Below are positions 28,578 to 41,343 of a DNA stretch of 64,000 bases, one piece after another. The position numbers and the translations under genes were made by a program. Source of the DNA: Octopus vulgaris (Eukaryota); contig OX597823.1 in assembly GCA_951406725.2 (NCBI GenBank), forward strand, positions 105,028,001 to 105,092,000, in the 5' to 3' direction. Positions within the stretch are counted from its first letter, which is position 1; each line of letters opens with the position of its first letter. The notes under the pieces were generated by a model. That model was given only the letters and a program-made list of their open reading frames with translations. It made no database searches and was not told where the DNA came from.

Positions 28578-30330
28578 ATAATAATAATGATAATAATGAA
28601 ATTATTGTCTACAGTGCTCAGGTGCACCACAACTTTTCAAAAGTGCGTATAAAGCATATGCAGTAATGTACAAATATCTGGGAAGTGAACAGTGTATAAG
28701 TCAGATACATGCTTGGGTATGTATGGAGGGGAGAAAATCAGGTGTAGTGTTGGCGAATCTCAGGAAGCATGGAAGTTTTGAAGGATGCCGTGCTCCGACA
28801 ACTAACAACTGATGCCAGCAGTTTGTTCCATGCTTCAGCAGCTCTTAGCACGAAAAAATGTTTCCAAAAGTCATGGGAGCTGTGCTGTTTTCTGACTTTG
28901 TAAACATGTCCACGGGTGTTAGACAGGTGGAGTTTGAAAAGGGGCTCAGAGTTATTGTTAGTAAGATGGTTGATAATTTTATGGGTGTCTGCCAAGTCAG
29001 CTGCCAGATGTCGGAGTTTCAATGTATCCATACCCAGGGAAGTAAGGTGTTCAGAAAATGGAAAATGCCTGATGGAGGGTATTCTCTTAGTTGCACATCG
29101 CTGAACGGTTTCCAGACGATTATTTTCCTGGGCAAGATAGAGGCTCCAGACCGGTGATGCAAATTCCAGGTGAGGCCACACCATAGCTATATAAAGCCTC
29201 AGATAGATAGCCAGAGAGCGGTTCACAAAGAACTTGGTAAGTGATGCCAAGACACCCTCAGCCTTCTTGGCAGTTTTAGCAATGTGTTTTGTCCAATGCA
29301 AATCGCTGTCGACAATAATGCCCAGGTCACGTTCAAAAGAAGACTTTTTGAGATTAGTGTGGTGGAGGGAGTAAGTGGACATTGGGTTTCTCCTCCCAAA
29401 ATGCATGGTGGTACATTTGTCCACAGCCAGCTTGAGGTGCCAGTCCATGATCCATTGCTGCATTGCGTCCAGGTTTGATTGCAATAAAGATCTGTAGTGT
29501 ACAGGATCTGACCTCTTTATTTCAAGGTACAGTTAGATGTCATCTGCATATTTCAGCACTGTGGCATTCTTTAAGTTGGCATCTATGTCATTAACATATG
29601 CAACAAATAAAAGGGGGCCAAGAACAGATCCCTGTGGTACACCAGATGTCATCTCATAGGGTGAAGAGTGCTGTCCTAGAACTGTGACAACCTCTTTTTG
29701 GCCGATAATGAAGGAATTCAACCAGTTAGAGAGATCATCTCTTACATCCATTGCAGAGAGTTTCACCATAAGTCTTTTGTGTGGCATAGAATTAAAAGCC
29801 TTAGCAAAGTCCAGGTAAACAACATCCACCCGAGAGCCGTCATCAGTGATTCAGGTAATGTCCTCAAGAAACTCGATGAGTTGATTACAGCAGCTGGAGT
29901 TAAGAATAAATCCAAATTGTGATGGCTGGATGAGGCTGTGTGACTTCCAGAAGTTCCAGAGGGTTTCTCTGACACAAGATTCCATCAGTTTGGCGATGAA
30001 GCCAGTAAGACTGACGGGGCGATAGTTGACAGGCAATGTGCGACCACCTTTTTCAAACAGAGAGATAACACCGGCAGTTTTCCACTGCTCTGGAGTAACA
30101 CCATTGTCAAGACAGAATTGAAAGAATAGTGAAAGTTGGTTCAGAAGAAAGTACCCACCGCGTTTGAGAAGCAGGTATGTAACACCATCGAGACCAAGAG
30201 AGGCATAGTTATGCTTATTCTAAAGGTGGCATTGTAGTATTGCTGGTGTAAATTTCATAGTAGTTATAGAGTCCGGTGTCAGAGGTGATGGAGATGGAAC
30301 ATTTTGATCTTCGACAGTAAAGATGTCTTG
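28578..30330 (-). mobile_element. 5'-truncated CR1-clade LINE (RT and C-terminus, disrupted)
   Basis: NYRPVSLT, DVVYLDFAKAF, SGVPQGSVLGPLLF, YADD, HLEFASPVWS, TRGHVYK, AWNKL; (ATT)n-like tail. Confidence 0.92.
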
Positions 30331-30598
30331 GTTGTTATTTCTTGTAGGTCAAATGACTATGAAAATGTTCTTTCATTAGCTCATTGGTTGATTGCATTTG
30401 ATGTTGTGTTTTGTTGTTTAACCCTTGGTTAATTCTGATTGATCTTATCCAGCATCAAAGCCAATTTACACACGATTTATATCGTCCGGTTGTGTCCTTC
30501 ATTCTACAAGATGGCAAGATGTGATATGAGATGAGATAAAGCATTTATGCAGAGATTTACTTTATATATATATATAGATATAGATATATAGATATATA

Positions 30599-30974
30599 CT
30601 AGCAGTATAGCCCGGCGTTGCTCAGGTTTGTTTTCTTTTCGACCCTTTAGAATTGGAATATTTGAAAAGTAAAAATTTTGTATTATGTAGCTTGTTATTC
30701 TCTTTAAGTGAACATTTTTCTGGTTGAAATACACCAAAAAATGGTGACACAGCAGTAAAAAAATCGTAAAAAAATAGGGATTTTCATAGAAAAAAAGCAC
30801 CTTTTAATGTAAATAATTTTTGGTGTTAACATGGTCTGATTTGAATTTTTTTCTTCTATGGAATGAAGAGCAAGGCTTCTATCATACTTTCAATTTTGGT
30901 CAACTTGCACTGCAAGTTGAAGGCTACCAAACCTGCCACACACACACAGACAATTTCAGCTTTATATATAAAGA
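30599..30974 (-). mobile_element. Non-autonomous Helitron
   Basis: Minus strand begins TCTTTATATATAAAG and ends with hairpin CCTGAGCAACGCCGGG then TATACTG-CTAG; inserted between A and T. Confidence 0.75.
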
Positions 30975-31075
30975 TATATCATCATTATAATCCTCATCAT
31001 CATCATTTAACATCTGTTGTCCATGCTGGCATAGTTTGAACAGTTTGCTCAGAACTGGCAAGCTAGGGAGCTGCA

Positions 31076-31134
<59 letters not shown>

Positions 31135-31141
31135 TATATAC

Positions 31142-31183
<42 letters not shown>

Positions 31184-31353
31184 TTTAATAGTTATCGCCA
31201 TACTAATATGGCATTCTTATAAAAATAAGAATAAAGCTGTCCGCTTATTAGCTCCATGAGGCCATAGCCTAAAGTTAGCTATTTGATACACAAACTGTAT
31301 CCATATAACCTTCGAACAAGGGAGGTCAGTCGCTCCACACTAGTTGATCGACA

Positions 31354-31395
31354 GCTACAGACGCGTTTCGGGGTATTGCCCCTTGTCAATGTAGC
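31354..31395 (-). ncRNA. Minimal type I hammerhead ribozyme (U3:A8 core variant)
   Basis: GCUACA-UUGACAA-GGGG CAAUA CCCC-GAAA-CGCG-UC-UGUAGC. Confidence 0.88.
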
Positions 31396-31716
31396 GTAGT
31401 CAGACCAGTAGGTGTCGCTTCCGACTATCTCTGTTCGAAGGTTTTATTTACCTAGTTTCGGTGGAATACATTCACTTGTTTTCAATAATAGAAATATTAA
31501 AATTACTAAGTCTCTCTAAAAGAGAACACGGCAGCGTTCCTAGAAATTAATAGTTATCGCCATACTAATATAGCATTCTTATAAAAATAAGAATAAAGCT
31601 GTCCGCTTATTAGCTCCATGAGGCCATCGCCCTTAAGTTAGCTATTTGATACACAAACTGTATCCATATAACCTTCGAACAAGGGAGGTCAGTCACTCCA
31701 CACTACTTGATCAACA

Positions 31717-31758
31717 GCTACAGACGCGTTTCGGGGTATTGCCCCTTGTCAATGTAGC
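31717..31758 (-). ncRNA. Hammerhead ribozyme, second tandem copy
   Basis: Identical motif 363 bp from the first. Confidence 0.88.
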
Positions 31759-31983
31759 GTAGTCAGACCAGTAGGTGTCGCTTCTGACTATCTCTGTTCG
31801 AAGGTTTTATTTAGTATGGCGATAACTATTAATTTCCAGGAACGCTGCCGTGTTCTCTTTTAGAGAGACTTAGTAATTTTAATATTTCTATTATTGAAAA
31901 CAAGTGGATGTATTCCACCGAAACTAGGTAAATAAAACCTTTGAACAGAGATAGTCGGAAGCGACACCTACTGGTCTGACTAC

Positions 31984-32025
31984 GCTACATTGACAAGGGA
32001 CAATACCCCGAAACGCGTTTGTAGC
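31984..32025 (+). ncRNA. Hammerhead ribozyme, inverted copy (GUU triplet, one stem II change)
   Basis: GCTACA-TTGACAA-GGGACAATACCCC-GAAA-CGCG-TT-TGTAGC. Confidence 0.82.
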
Positions 32026-33380
32026 TGTCGATCAACTAGTGTGGAGCGACTGACCTCCCTTGTTCGAAGGTTATATGGATACAGTTTGTGTATCAAATAG
32101 CTAACTTAAGGCGATGGCCTCATGGAGCTAATAAGCGGACAGCTTTATTCTTATTTTTATAAGAATGCTATATTAGTATGGCGATAACTATTAATTTCCA
32201 GGAACGCTGCCGTGTTCTCTTTTAGAGAGACTTAGTAATTTTAATATTTCTATTATATATATGTACATATATATATATACATACATACATATAAATACAT
32301 TTAAATTGTGACATCACAATGTCAAAGACAAATAGATATTCTAGGGACTTCATAGATACAGACAAATATGAAGCGAGACACGTAGTAAAATGAGAAACGG
32401 GGATGTTTTCCCAGCCAATTATGTAGAAGTGGTTAAGATGAAGAAGAGCTGATAAATCTGTTTAATCATCTGGAATGAGCTTTCTGCACAAGATCGAACC
32501 AGTTCATAGATTACACAAAGCAACTGAGCTAACAATATATGAATACTTGATAAAAAGGGACAATTGAGTTAATTATGGATGGTGTAATATATGAGGCTAC
32601 AATATGGTGCTTTGTGATCGTATTGAGGTTGTTGTTCTTGTTAGGGAGGCTGGGTTATTTTTATGCATTTTAAATTACATTTTGTGAACAATGGTGTTAT
32701 TTATTGCAGCTTCCTAATGGAGTAGTCATTGGTTCACTGAATTTCACTATGACAAGATGACAAAGGATTATCTTTGCAATGTGGATGAAACAAATACCTC
32801 ACAAAGGGTTTCACAATGGTTTTTACATTTTTTGCTGAGACACATTTCATTGAAACAAACACAAAGCCATACATGCGTAGATGCACATACATACACGATG
32901 GTCTTAATGAACGTGTGAACAAACTACATGTATATATACATACATAATAATAATAATGATAATAATATTAGGGAGTATAACTCCAAACTTACAGGGAAAA
33001 ATTCAGTTTAGTATTAAATCATATATATATATATATATAAATATATCTTCATCATCATCATCATCGTTTAACGTCCGTTTTCTGTGCTAGCATGGGCTGG
33101 ATGGTTCAACCGGGGTCTGGGAAGCCAGGAGGCTGCACCAGGCTCCAGTCTGATCTAGCAGTGTTTCTACAGCTGGATGCCCTTCCTAACACCAACCACT
33201 CCGAGAGTGTAGTGGGTGCTTTTTACGTGCCACCAACACAGATGCCAGGGGAGGCTGGCAGCGGCTATGATTGGTTGGTGCTTTTTATGTGCCACCAGCA
33301 CAGAAGCCAGTCAAAGCAGCACTAGTATCGGCCCGGCGCTGGCATCGGCCAAAGTATTCAAAATTAAATTTCCGAGCCGA

Positions 33381-33447
33381 AGGGGGCACCTAGGATGGAA
33401 CTGGGGACCTCTTGATCTGCAGTCAAATGCTCTTCCACTGAGCTATA
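33381..33447 (-). pseudogene. tRNA-Cys(GCA) pseudogene lacking the 5' acceptor strand
   Basis: TATAGCTCAGTGGAAGAGCATTTGACTGCAGATCAAGAGGTCCCCAGTTCCATCCTAGGTGCCCCCT matches the eukaryotic tRNA-Cys pattern; 5' G-run replaced by (TA)n; T arm mutated. Confidence 0.88.
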
Positions 33448-33964
33448 TATATATTATATGTATCATCAGTAAATCCTAAATCCAAAAGAGAAGCACACTC
33501 TAAGTTATAAAGCAGTAGAATATTTACATAAAAATAGCAAGAAGAACTCCCTCAACCCAGGGAACATCTTAAATTCCAGGACAGAAGTCTTCAGGCCCTG
33601 CTTACATTTCAGGTGATTCCTATTGAAATCCGGGGATCTGCAAACTGACTGGGTGGATTCGGGATAGTATTCTAAGGGAGACAATCCCTTGTACTTCACC
33701 TTTCTTCTTTGTCTATGCATTCAAAAACTAACCACGGGACCTTTTCTATGTCCATTTTGGGGAGAGGTTAGAGGCCACCAACCATTAGGATCTGATGTCA
33801 AGCAGTTTATGAATGTGAAACCCTAGGTAACCCTATGAATTGGCCATAACTATCTTTATCTGAATATATAAATATATGCAATAATATACAAATGGAAAAA
33901 AATCCTAGATACTCAATAATTTACATATGGAGAATCCTAGAAGGGCTAGAACCTAACTTTTGAA

Positions 33965-34312
33965 TTGAGTGTTATACAAATGCCAGAATTGGCCGCCATT
34001 GTATTGTACCAAAAGTGCCATCCACTCCATCTAAATTCATAACCATGTATTGCAATATTCTAGTGTTCAAAGGCTCACAGCTCTTCAATGCCCCACCACA
34101 AAAATGAAAAAATTTGCATAAGGTGGAAGTAGATGTCTTCAAAAAGGAATTAGACATCCTCCTCTCCATAATGCCGGATGAACCAACAGCTGAGACAAAG
34201 GCTCATACAGGAGTGGTGATGTGAAACACTCAGACTGAGGAAGTCAGAAAGACTTTGTGGTGCTCCAGCATGACCACGGCTGCATGGCTGAAATGAGTAA
34301 AAGAGTAATAAA
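33965..34312 (+). mobile_element. CR1-like LINE 3' end (second family)
   Basis: GRHCIVPK...GSQLFN...VDVFKKELDILLSIMPDEP, then tail GGTGCTCCAGCATG...GCTGAAATGAGTAAAAGAG. Confidence 0.7.
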
Positions 34313-36794
34313 TATATATATATTAGAGTTTGTATGATTGTGTACAGGCAAATATATTAGTCAATGAGTTTTCAACATAATCTGTATTTCACATTTTATC
34401 TTTGCATGTTTTTACAATTTTGCAATATTACATATTATGATAATACAAGTACTGTTGAGGCAAGTGAAATCGAAATTAAATTCGATGACTGGCATCTATG
34501 CTAGTGGAGTGCAAAGAGCACCATACGAGTGTGATTGTTGACAGAGCGGCTAAACGGCTTCTGTGCCAGTGACACATAAAAGGCACCATTCAAGTGTGAT
34601 CATTACCAGTATCGCCTTACTGGCACCTGTGTTGGTGGCATGTGTAAAAAGATTCGAGTGAGGTCATTGCCAGTACTGCCTGACTGGCTTCTGTGCCGGT
34701 GGCACATAAAAGCACCCACTACACTCTTGGAGTGGTTGGTGATAGGAAGGGCAACCAGCTGTAGAAACTCTGCCAGATCAAGATTGGAGCCTGGTGTAGC
34801 CATCTGGTTCGCCAGCCCTCAGTCAAATTGTCCAACCCATGCTAGCATGGAAAGCGGACGTTAAACGATGATGATGATGATGATGATGATTCACGGAGTG
34901 GTTGGCGTTAGGAAGGGCATCCAGCCGTAGAAACACTGCCAGATCTGACTGGGCCTGACGAAGCCTTCCAGCTTCACAGACCCCAGTTGACCCGTCCAAC
35001 CCATGCTAGCATGGAAAACGGACGCTAAACGATGATGATGATGATGATGATGATTCACTTGGAAAAAAAAATGAAGTTTATGTATAGTCAAATGAAATAT
35101 TGGTCCACTGTATAGAATAAATACAGCTGGTGTATGTTCCCAGCAAACCAAACCAAATGAAGGACCTGGTTTTCATTCTCACTGGTAACTAATACATTTT
35201 ACTTATGTTGCTTTGAGTAAAGCCTTGCTGTCATTGTACAATCTCATTTTATCTCCCCTTTCCTGAACATTCCGAGGTCTTGTGCTTTTTTTTTTTTTAT
35301 TGCAAAAAAAGACAAAAATCAATATTTGAAGCTCATGTTTCACTGATCTAAAGAGAAAAATAAAATAAATATATTTATCAGAGAATTTTCTATAGAAAAG
35401 AAAAAGCGTATTGGAATTGGAATGTATAAGTAAGTATGTAGCACCATACATTGCTTTTTACATCGATGTGAGTGATGACAAAAGATAACAGGCAAGGCAT
35501 ACCAATTTGATTAAATGTGATGTGTGGTGATGTCGCTGCAATGATAAAATACCTCTTGTTATTGGTAAATTTTCAAAGAATTGCTTTCTACTTTTCTTTT
35601 AGTTTTTTTTTCCATTGATTTTCCTTTTTTTTAATGAAGGAAATGTAAATTCGGAAAGAAGAATGTTTGGTGTAAACAAAGAAGACATTTTCCGTGGTGG
35701 ATTTTTGCTTCGTATTAATATGCTTCAGGTGTTTTCCTTGCTAATCTCTCTCTGAAGATGGAAATTTCAACATTATTATATGAAAAAAAATCATTATCGT
35801 CATATTCTCCATTGTTTCAGTAACCCTTTAACCATCGGTTAAACATGTCCATCAGGCAGTATATCACTACCTTGTTCCTGTCTTTTACCATCTCTTCTAT
35901 GAGGGCCAATATTCCAAGATCTGCCACACCCTGCCCAACTTCCCATATTCTCTTTGATCATGTTTTTCTTCCACAGTCATATATTCACACCGACAGCATA
36001 TGACACCTTTTCATCCAGCTCTCATTATCCAGTATGGTTATTTCTCTTGCACACATAAGCTGACGATCATCTCAATTTTGCACACAAGTTAATGAATTAA
36101 ATGCTCAGCCACTTCCACAAATCACATTTGCTCTGTCTTTCAGCTTAACATTACCCAACCATTACTACATAATCTTACCTGCTTCATTTCTCTCCAGTTT
36201 TTATAGATCTTCTCTTCTACTGTTGTTGCTCATGTCTCACTGCTCTAATTTATCATACTTCTTACATATGTTTTACACACAGACTACTTTGCACACCTTC
36301 AGAGAGAGAAACACCTTCATTGTTACCAGTAAAGACAGTTTATCCTTAAACTGAGCGGATAAATAATTGGGCACATCTATCAGGAGGTACACCAAAACCC
36401 CCATTAGTGTATTGATTTATAACCCCTACTCTGTCTGCTGGCCATTTAGATGTATTATCGACTCACTTGTCTGTTTTCCTTCTAAATTCATGTAAATGCA
36501 ACTTATGTCTCCACACTCCAGTTAGCAACTGTCAATCAAACTAACCCAAGTATATGACTGCTACTTTATTTTACAAGCTTCAAAAAGATGACAAGTAAAG
36601 TTAACCCTGGCAAGGTATTTCATTTGGTTTTCTAAGTTTTGTTAAATTAATGAATATATTCTATAACCGATAAGTGTTTCATTAGCTTGTAGTGAGGGTT
36701 CAAAAACAATTATGAACATAGCATGTCCATTTCCTAAAATGTGTTAACCTTTTACCATTATTAGAAAGCATTATATACAGTGCTATCATTGCTT

Positions 36795-37215
36795 TTAACA
36801 ATAAGTGTATTTGAATATGTATTGAGTGTATTTCCATGCTAAGTGTATTACTGTATACTATCTATTTCATCACTAAGTGTATTACTATATGGTACCTATT
36901 TAGTATTAAGGAAGTGTGTATTTCCATATGCACCTATTTCAGCAGTAAGTGCACTTCCAAATAACACCTGCTTCAGCAAGTAAGTGTACTGCCATATGTT
37001 ATCTATTTTAGCTGTAAGTGTACTTCCATAAAGAACCTATTTCGGCAGTAAATATATTTTCGTATGGTACCTTCTTCAGCAGTAAGTGTACTTCCACATG
37101 GTACTTATTTTAGTTGTAAGTGTACTTTCATATTCTGCCTATTTCAACAGTAAGTGTATTTCTATATGATACCTATTTCAGCAGTTAGTGTACTTCCAAA
37201 TTGTACCTGTTTCTA
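36795..37215. repeat. Diverged 34-bp minisatellite (~12 units; AGTAAGTGTACTTCCATATGGTACCTATTTCAGC)
   Basis: Unit starts at 37081, 37115, 37149, 37183. Confidence 0.85.
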
Positions 37216-37578
37216 CAAAATATATTTAACCCTCGTTGTCTATGTGCATGATGCAACATAGTTTATGAGACACAAACAGACACAAACCATCAACACTTTG
37301 ACACACTGAAGTGTGCTATTCTGACACTCTATAAACATTGCCAGCCAGCTGAGATTTCATTCAGGATAAGAGGTATAATTATAAGCAATGTGATTTCTCA
37401 GACATAAGCTACTTGATCAGAGATATGCTATTAACTGGCATAAATTTCAGGTTGATAATGGATCAGAATACATGCATGCATACATATATACATACATGCA
37501 TACATACATACATACATACATATATACACACACACACATATATATTTATATATATATAAGCATGTATGTATATATCTA

Positions 37579-38317
<739 letters not shown>

Positions 38318-38318
38318 A

Positions 38319-38352
<34 letters not shown>

Positions 38353-38353
<1 letters not shown>

Positions 38354-39150
38354 AGGGTGCAATGGGTAAATTGTCACCATTTTATATTTTTAATTTAGTG
38401 CATGTGCATTGTTTGTTTTTGATTTTGTTGACTACACAGTATAGCGGGGTCAGTTGGGCACCATCTGTGAGAAAAACACCACAATGACGCAAATCACTCT
38501 GCCAGAAATTTGGAAACAACATGCTGTACTGCTTGGCATTTACACCTGAAGATCCAATACAAACATTTCAGAGTGTTTGGGTGTTAATCTGAGGACTGTA
38601 CAATCTGAGGAGATGTACTGAGAGTGATAAAAACCAAACATCATGGTGTTTGGAGGGATCACTAGTGATGGTGACGTTATGCCTCCATTCATCTTCCCAC
38701 ATGGCCTCAGACTCAACATGGAGGCCTACATCAAGTGCCTGGAGGAGGTAGTGCTGCCCTGGGTGAAGAGGGTGGCTGCTGGAACATCCTATATCTGGCA
38801 ACAAGACTCTGCACCATGCCACACAAGTAGGAGAACCCAGCCATGGCTGTCAGACAATTTCTGCAACCACATCACCCCTGACTTCTGCCCACCTAGCTCC
38901 CCAGACTGCAACCACCTTGATTATTTTGTGTGGGGCACAGTTGAGCAAGAGACCAACAAAACTCCTTGTAACACCAAAGATGAACTGAGGGCAAGAATTA
39001 TGGCAGCATTCAGCAACTTAAACATAATGACCATCCAGAAGAGTTGCAGAGGAGTCCAAAGTAATCTGGAGGTCGTGGTTGAATCCAATGACTTTATTGA
39101 ATAAATTTACTCTTTAGTATTTCAAGTTATTTTTATGTAATTTTGGTAAA
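38353..39150 (+). mobile_element. maT (DD37D) Tc1/mariner transposon remnant, internally deleted
   Basis: ORF 38643-39104 QQDSAPCH...PPSSPDCNHLDY with 37 residues between the last two Asp; starts CAGGGTG; second fragment at ~61526-61900. Confidence 0.85.
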
Positions 39151-39152
39151 TA

Positions 39153-40199
39153 TTGGGTCATCCCATAAATAATGCATTTTTTTTTATACTACTTTTATTT
39201 TTCACAATTAAGATAAACAAAGTATTTTTTATTCTAATATATGCTCTCCTTCATTTTCTACAATGCTCTTCCATCTATCTGGTAGACTTGCAAGGCCCCT
39301 CTTCCAAAATTCACTTATCTGTGACGAAAAATACTCCTCCAGTACTATTCTGACCTTGTCTACCAAATTCATGGATTTCCTGTCCAAATTAGCTTGAAGG
39401 TTGCAAAATAAAGGATATTCATCGACACCCGTGAGCCATCGGAAAAGTCAGCCAATTGGGTCAATGGATTCTTCACAAACTTTCCAAGTCTAATCATGTG
39501 CAGAGAGTGAATGTGTGCTCTTCTTTGCTGTCACATCTCACGAATAAACCTTTTTTTGGACCAAATAGTGACTGGTGATGAGAAACGGGTTCCCTATAAA
39601 AATGTCAAGTGCCAAAGACAGTGGGTAGGAAAAGGAGAATCATTGGCACTCCAGGCGAAAGAAGGTCTTCACCCACATAAAGTGTTGTTATCTGTTTGGT
39701 GGGATATGAAAGGTTTAGTCCATTTTGAACTTTTAAACCCAAACCAAACAATAACAAAGGAGATCTACTGTGAGCAGCACTAGAAGAAAAACAACTATCA
39801 TTGGTTTCAAGATGAAAGGTGTTCTTCCATCAGGCTCGGCCACATGCCGTGAGGATAGCATTCGAAAGGCTGGAGCAGTATGAATGGGAAACGATCCCCT
39901 ACCCACCATATTCACTGGACATTGCCCCATCTGATTATCATTTACTTTGCAGTCTTCAAAATCATTTGGATGGAAAGATTATGAATTCTATAGACGAGGT
40001 CAGAACAGTACTGGAGGAGTATTTTTCATCACAGACAAGTGAATTTTGGAAGAGAGGCCTTGCAAGTTTACCAGATAGATGGAAGAGCATTGCAGAAAAT
40101 GAAGGAGAGTATATTTTAGATTAAAAAAGAACTTTATCTTAACTTTGAAAAATAAAAGAAGCATATAAAAAAACCCTCATTATATTTGGAATGACTCAA
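39153..40199 (+). mobile_element. Defective mariner (DD34D-type) element with TA TSD
   Basis: TIRs TTGGGTCATCCC / GGAATGACTCAA flanked by TA; IVTGDEK, ARPH, PPYSLDIAPSDY; related fragments ~60900-61232. Confidence 0.9.
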
Positions 40200-40229
40200 T
40201 ATACATACATATATATATATATATATATA

Positions 40230-40350
40230 CTAACAGTATAACCTGGCTTTGCCTGGGATTAAGTTAGGATTATTAAGCTAATCAAGTTCTTTATTTCAAA
40301 CCAAACTAAGAAACATCGATGTCAAATTTGGGTGAAATCTGTTGAAATTG

Positions 40351-40355
<5 letters not shown>
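40230..40355 (-). mobile_element. Probable Helitron 3' end, possibly resuming after the Penelope insertion (~42800-43700)
   Basis: CTAACAGTATAACCTGGCTTTGCCTGGG resembles the terminus at 30599. Confidence 0.45.
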
Positions 40356-40390
<35 letters not shown>

Positions 40391-40504
40391 ATATTTCGGA
40401 ATGGTCATATTGCCAGTTTAGCCAATAAAAACACACGCACTATATATTTGGTGTTATTTTGCTTCAGTGATATTTATTTTTTACATTAATCTTAATCTTA
40501 TTTC

Positions 40505-40549
40505 GGCCAAAGTTCTTTCGTCACACTCCTGTGACCGCATCAGTGGTCC
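40505..40549 (-). ncRNA. Hammerhead-like motif in the PLE 3' region (atypical core)
   Basis: GGACCA-CUGAUGCG-GUCAC AGGAGU GUGAC-GAAA-GAAC-UU-UGGCC. Confidence 0.55.
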
Positions 40550-41343
40550 TTTGTTTTCTTCTCACTTACTTGTGTCTCTCCTTACTAACCGTCAGCCATT
40601 TTGTATTTCTATTGTATGTCTTCATTTGCGCATGCTTATATCTCTATGTGCGTCTATGTTCATTTAGTGTGTGGGGGGGGATGTCTGTAATATTTGTATC
40701 TTCTGTTTATATACATTCTTGTAATTTGTATTTTGTTTTTGTTGCTTTTGTTCTAATTTTGTTCATGTGTTTACATCCACCCATTATTATCATTACATAT
40801 GCTTGTATGTATGTATAACAACAATATTAGTAATAATAATAATAAATCTAATCGAAAAAAAAAAAAAATTAATTAAAAAAAAAATAAATAAAAATAAAAA
40901 AAAAAAAAAGAAAAGAATATACATATACAATATATATATATACATACATATACATATACATATACATATATATATATACATACATATACACATACATATA
41001 CATATATATGCACATATACACACATATATACACATATAGATATTCATTTCTATTTCTTTAATTACCCGTGTATTTATTATGTTTGCAGGATCCACTATTG
41101 TCATATGTTGTGGTGTGCGCTATTGCTCCATTCTAGTTTTCTATTCAGGCTAGGTTTATTTTCTATTATATGTGTAGCTTCTGTAATTTGTCTAATTGTT
41201 GCATCTGTTCTATGTGTTGACAATATCTTAATCTCTATGTTATTGATTGATCCCCCGTGTTCTTGTTCGGCGTGTTGGTACAGAATCGATGAGCTTTTAC
41301 CTTCCTTGAGTTGTCTCCAATGTTCATTCACCCGCTCACCAAT

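Larger units (their letters stand above)
31184..32255. mobile_element. Retrozyme/Penelope-pLTR-like 363-bp unit: ~1.7 direct copies plus ~1.2 inverted copies, within (TA)n
   Basis: Unit starts recur at ~31185 and ~31548; orientation flips at ~31812; one hammerhead per unit; no ORF. Confidence 0.9.

Noticed and set aside
41105-41343. N-terminal ~80 aa of the 387-aa ORF
   Set aside because: Antisense read-through of the inverted arm, not genuine PLE protein
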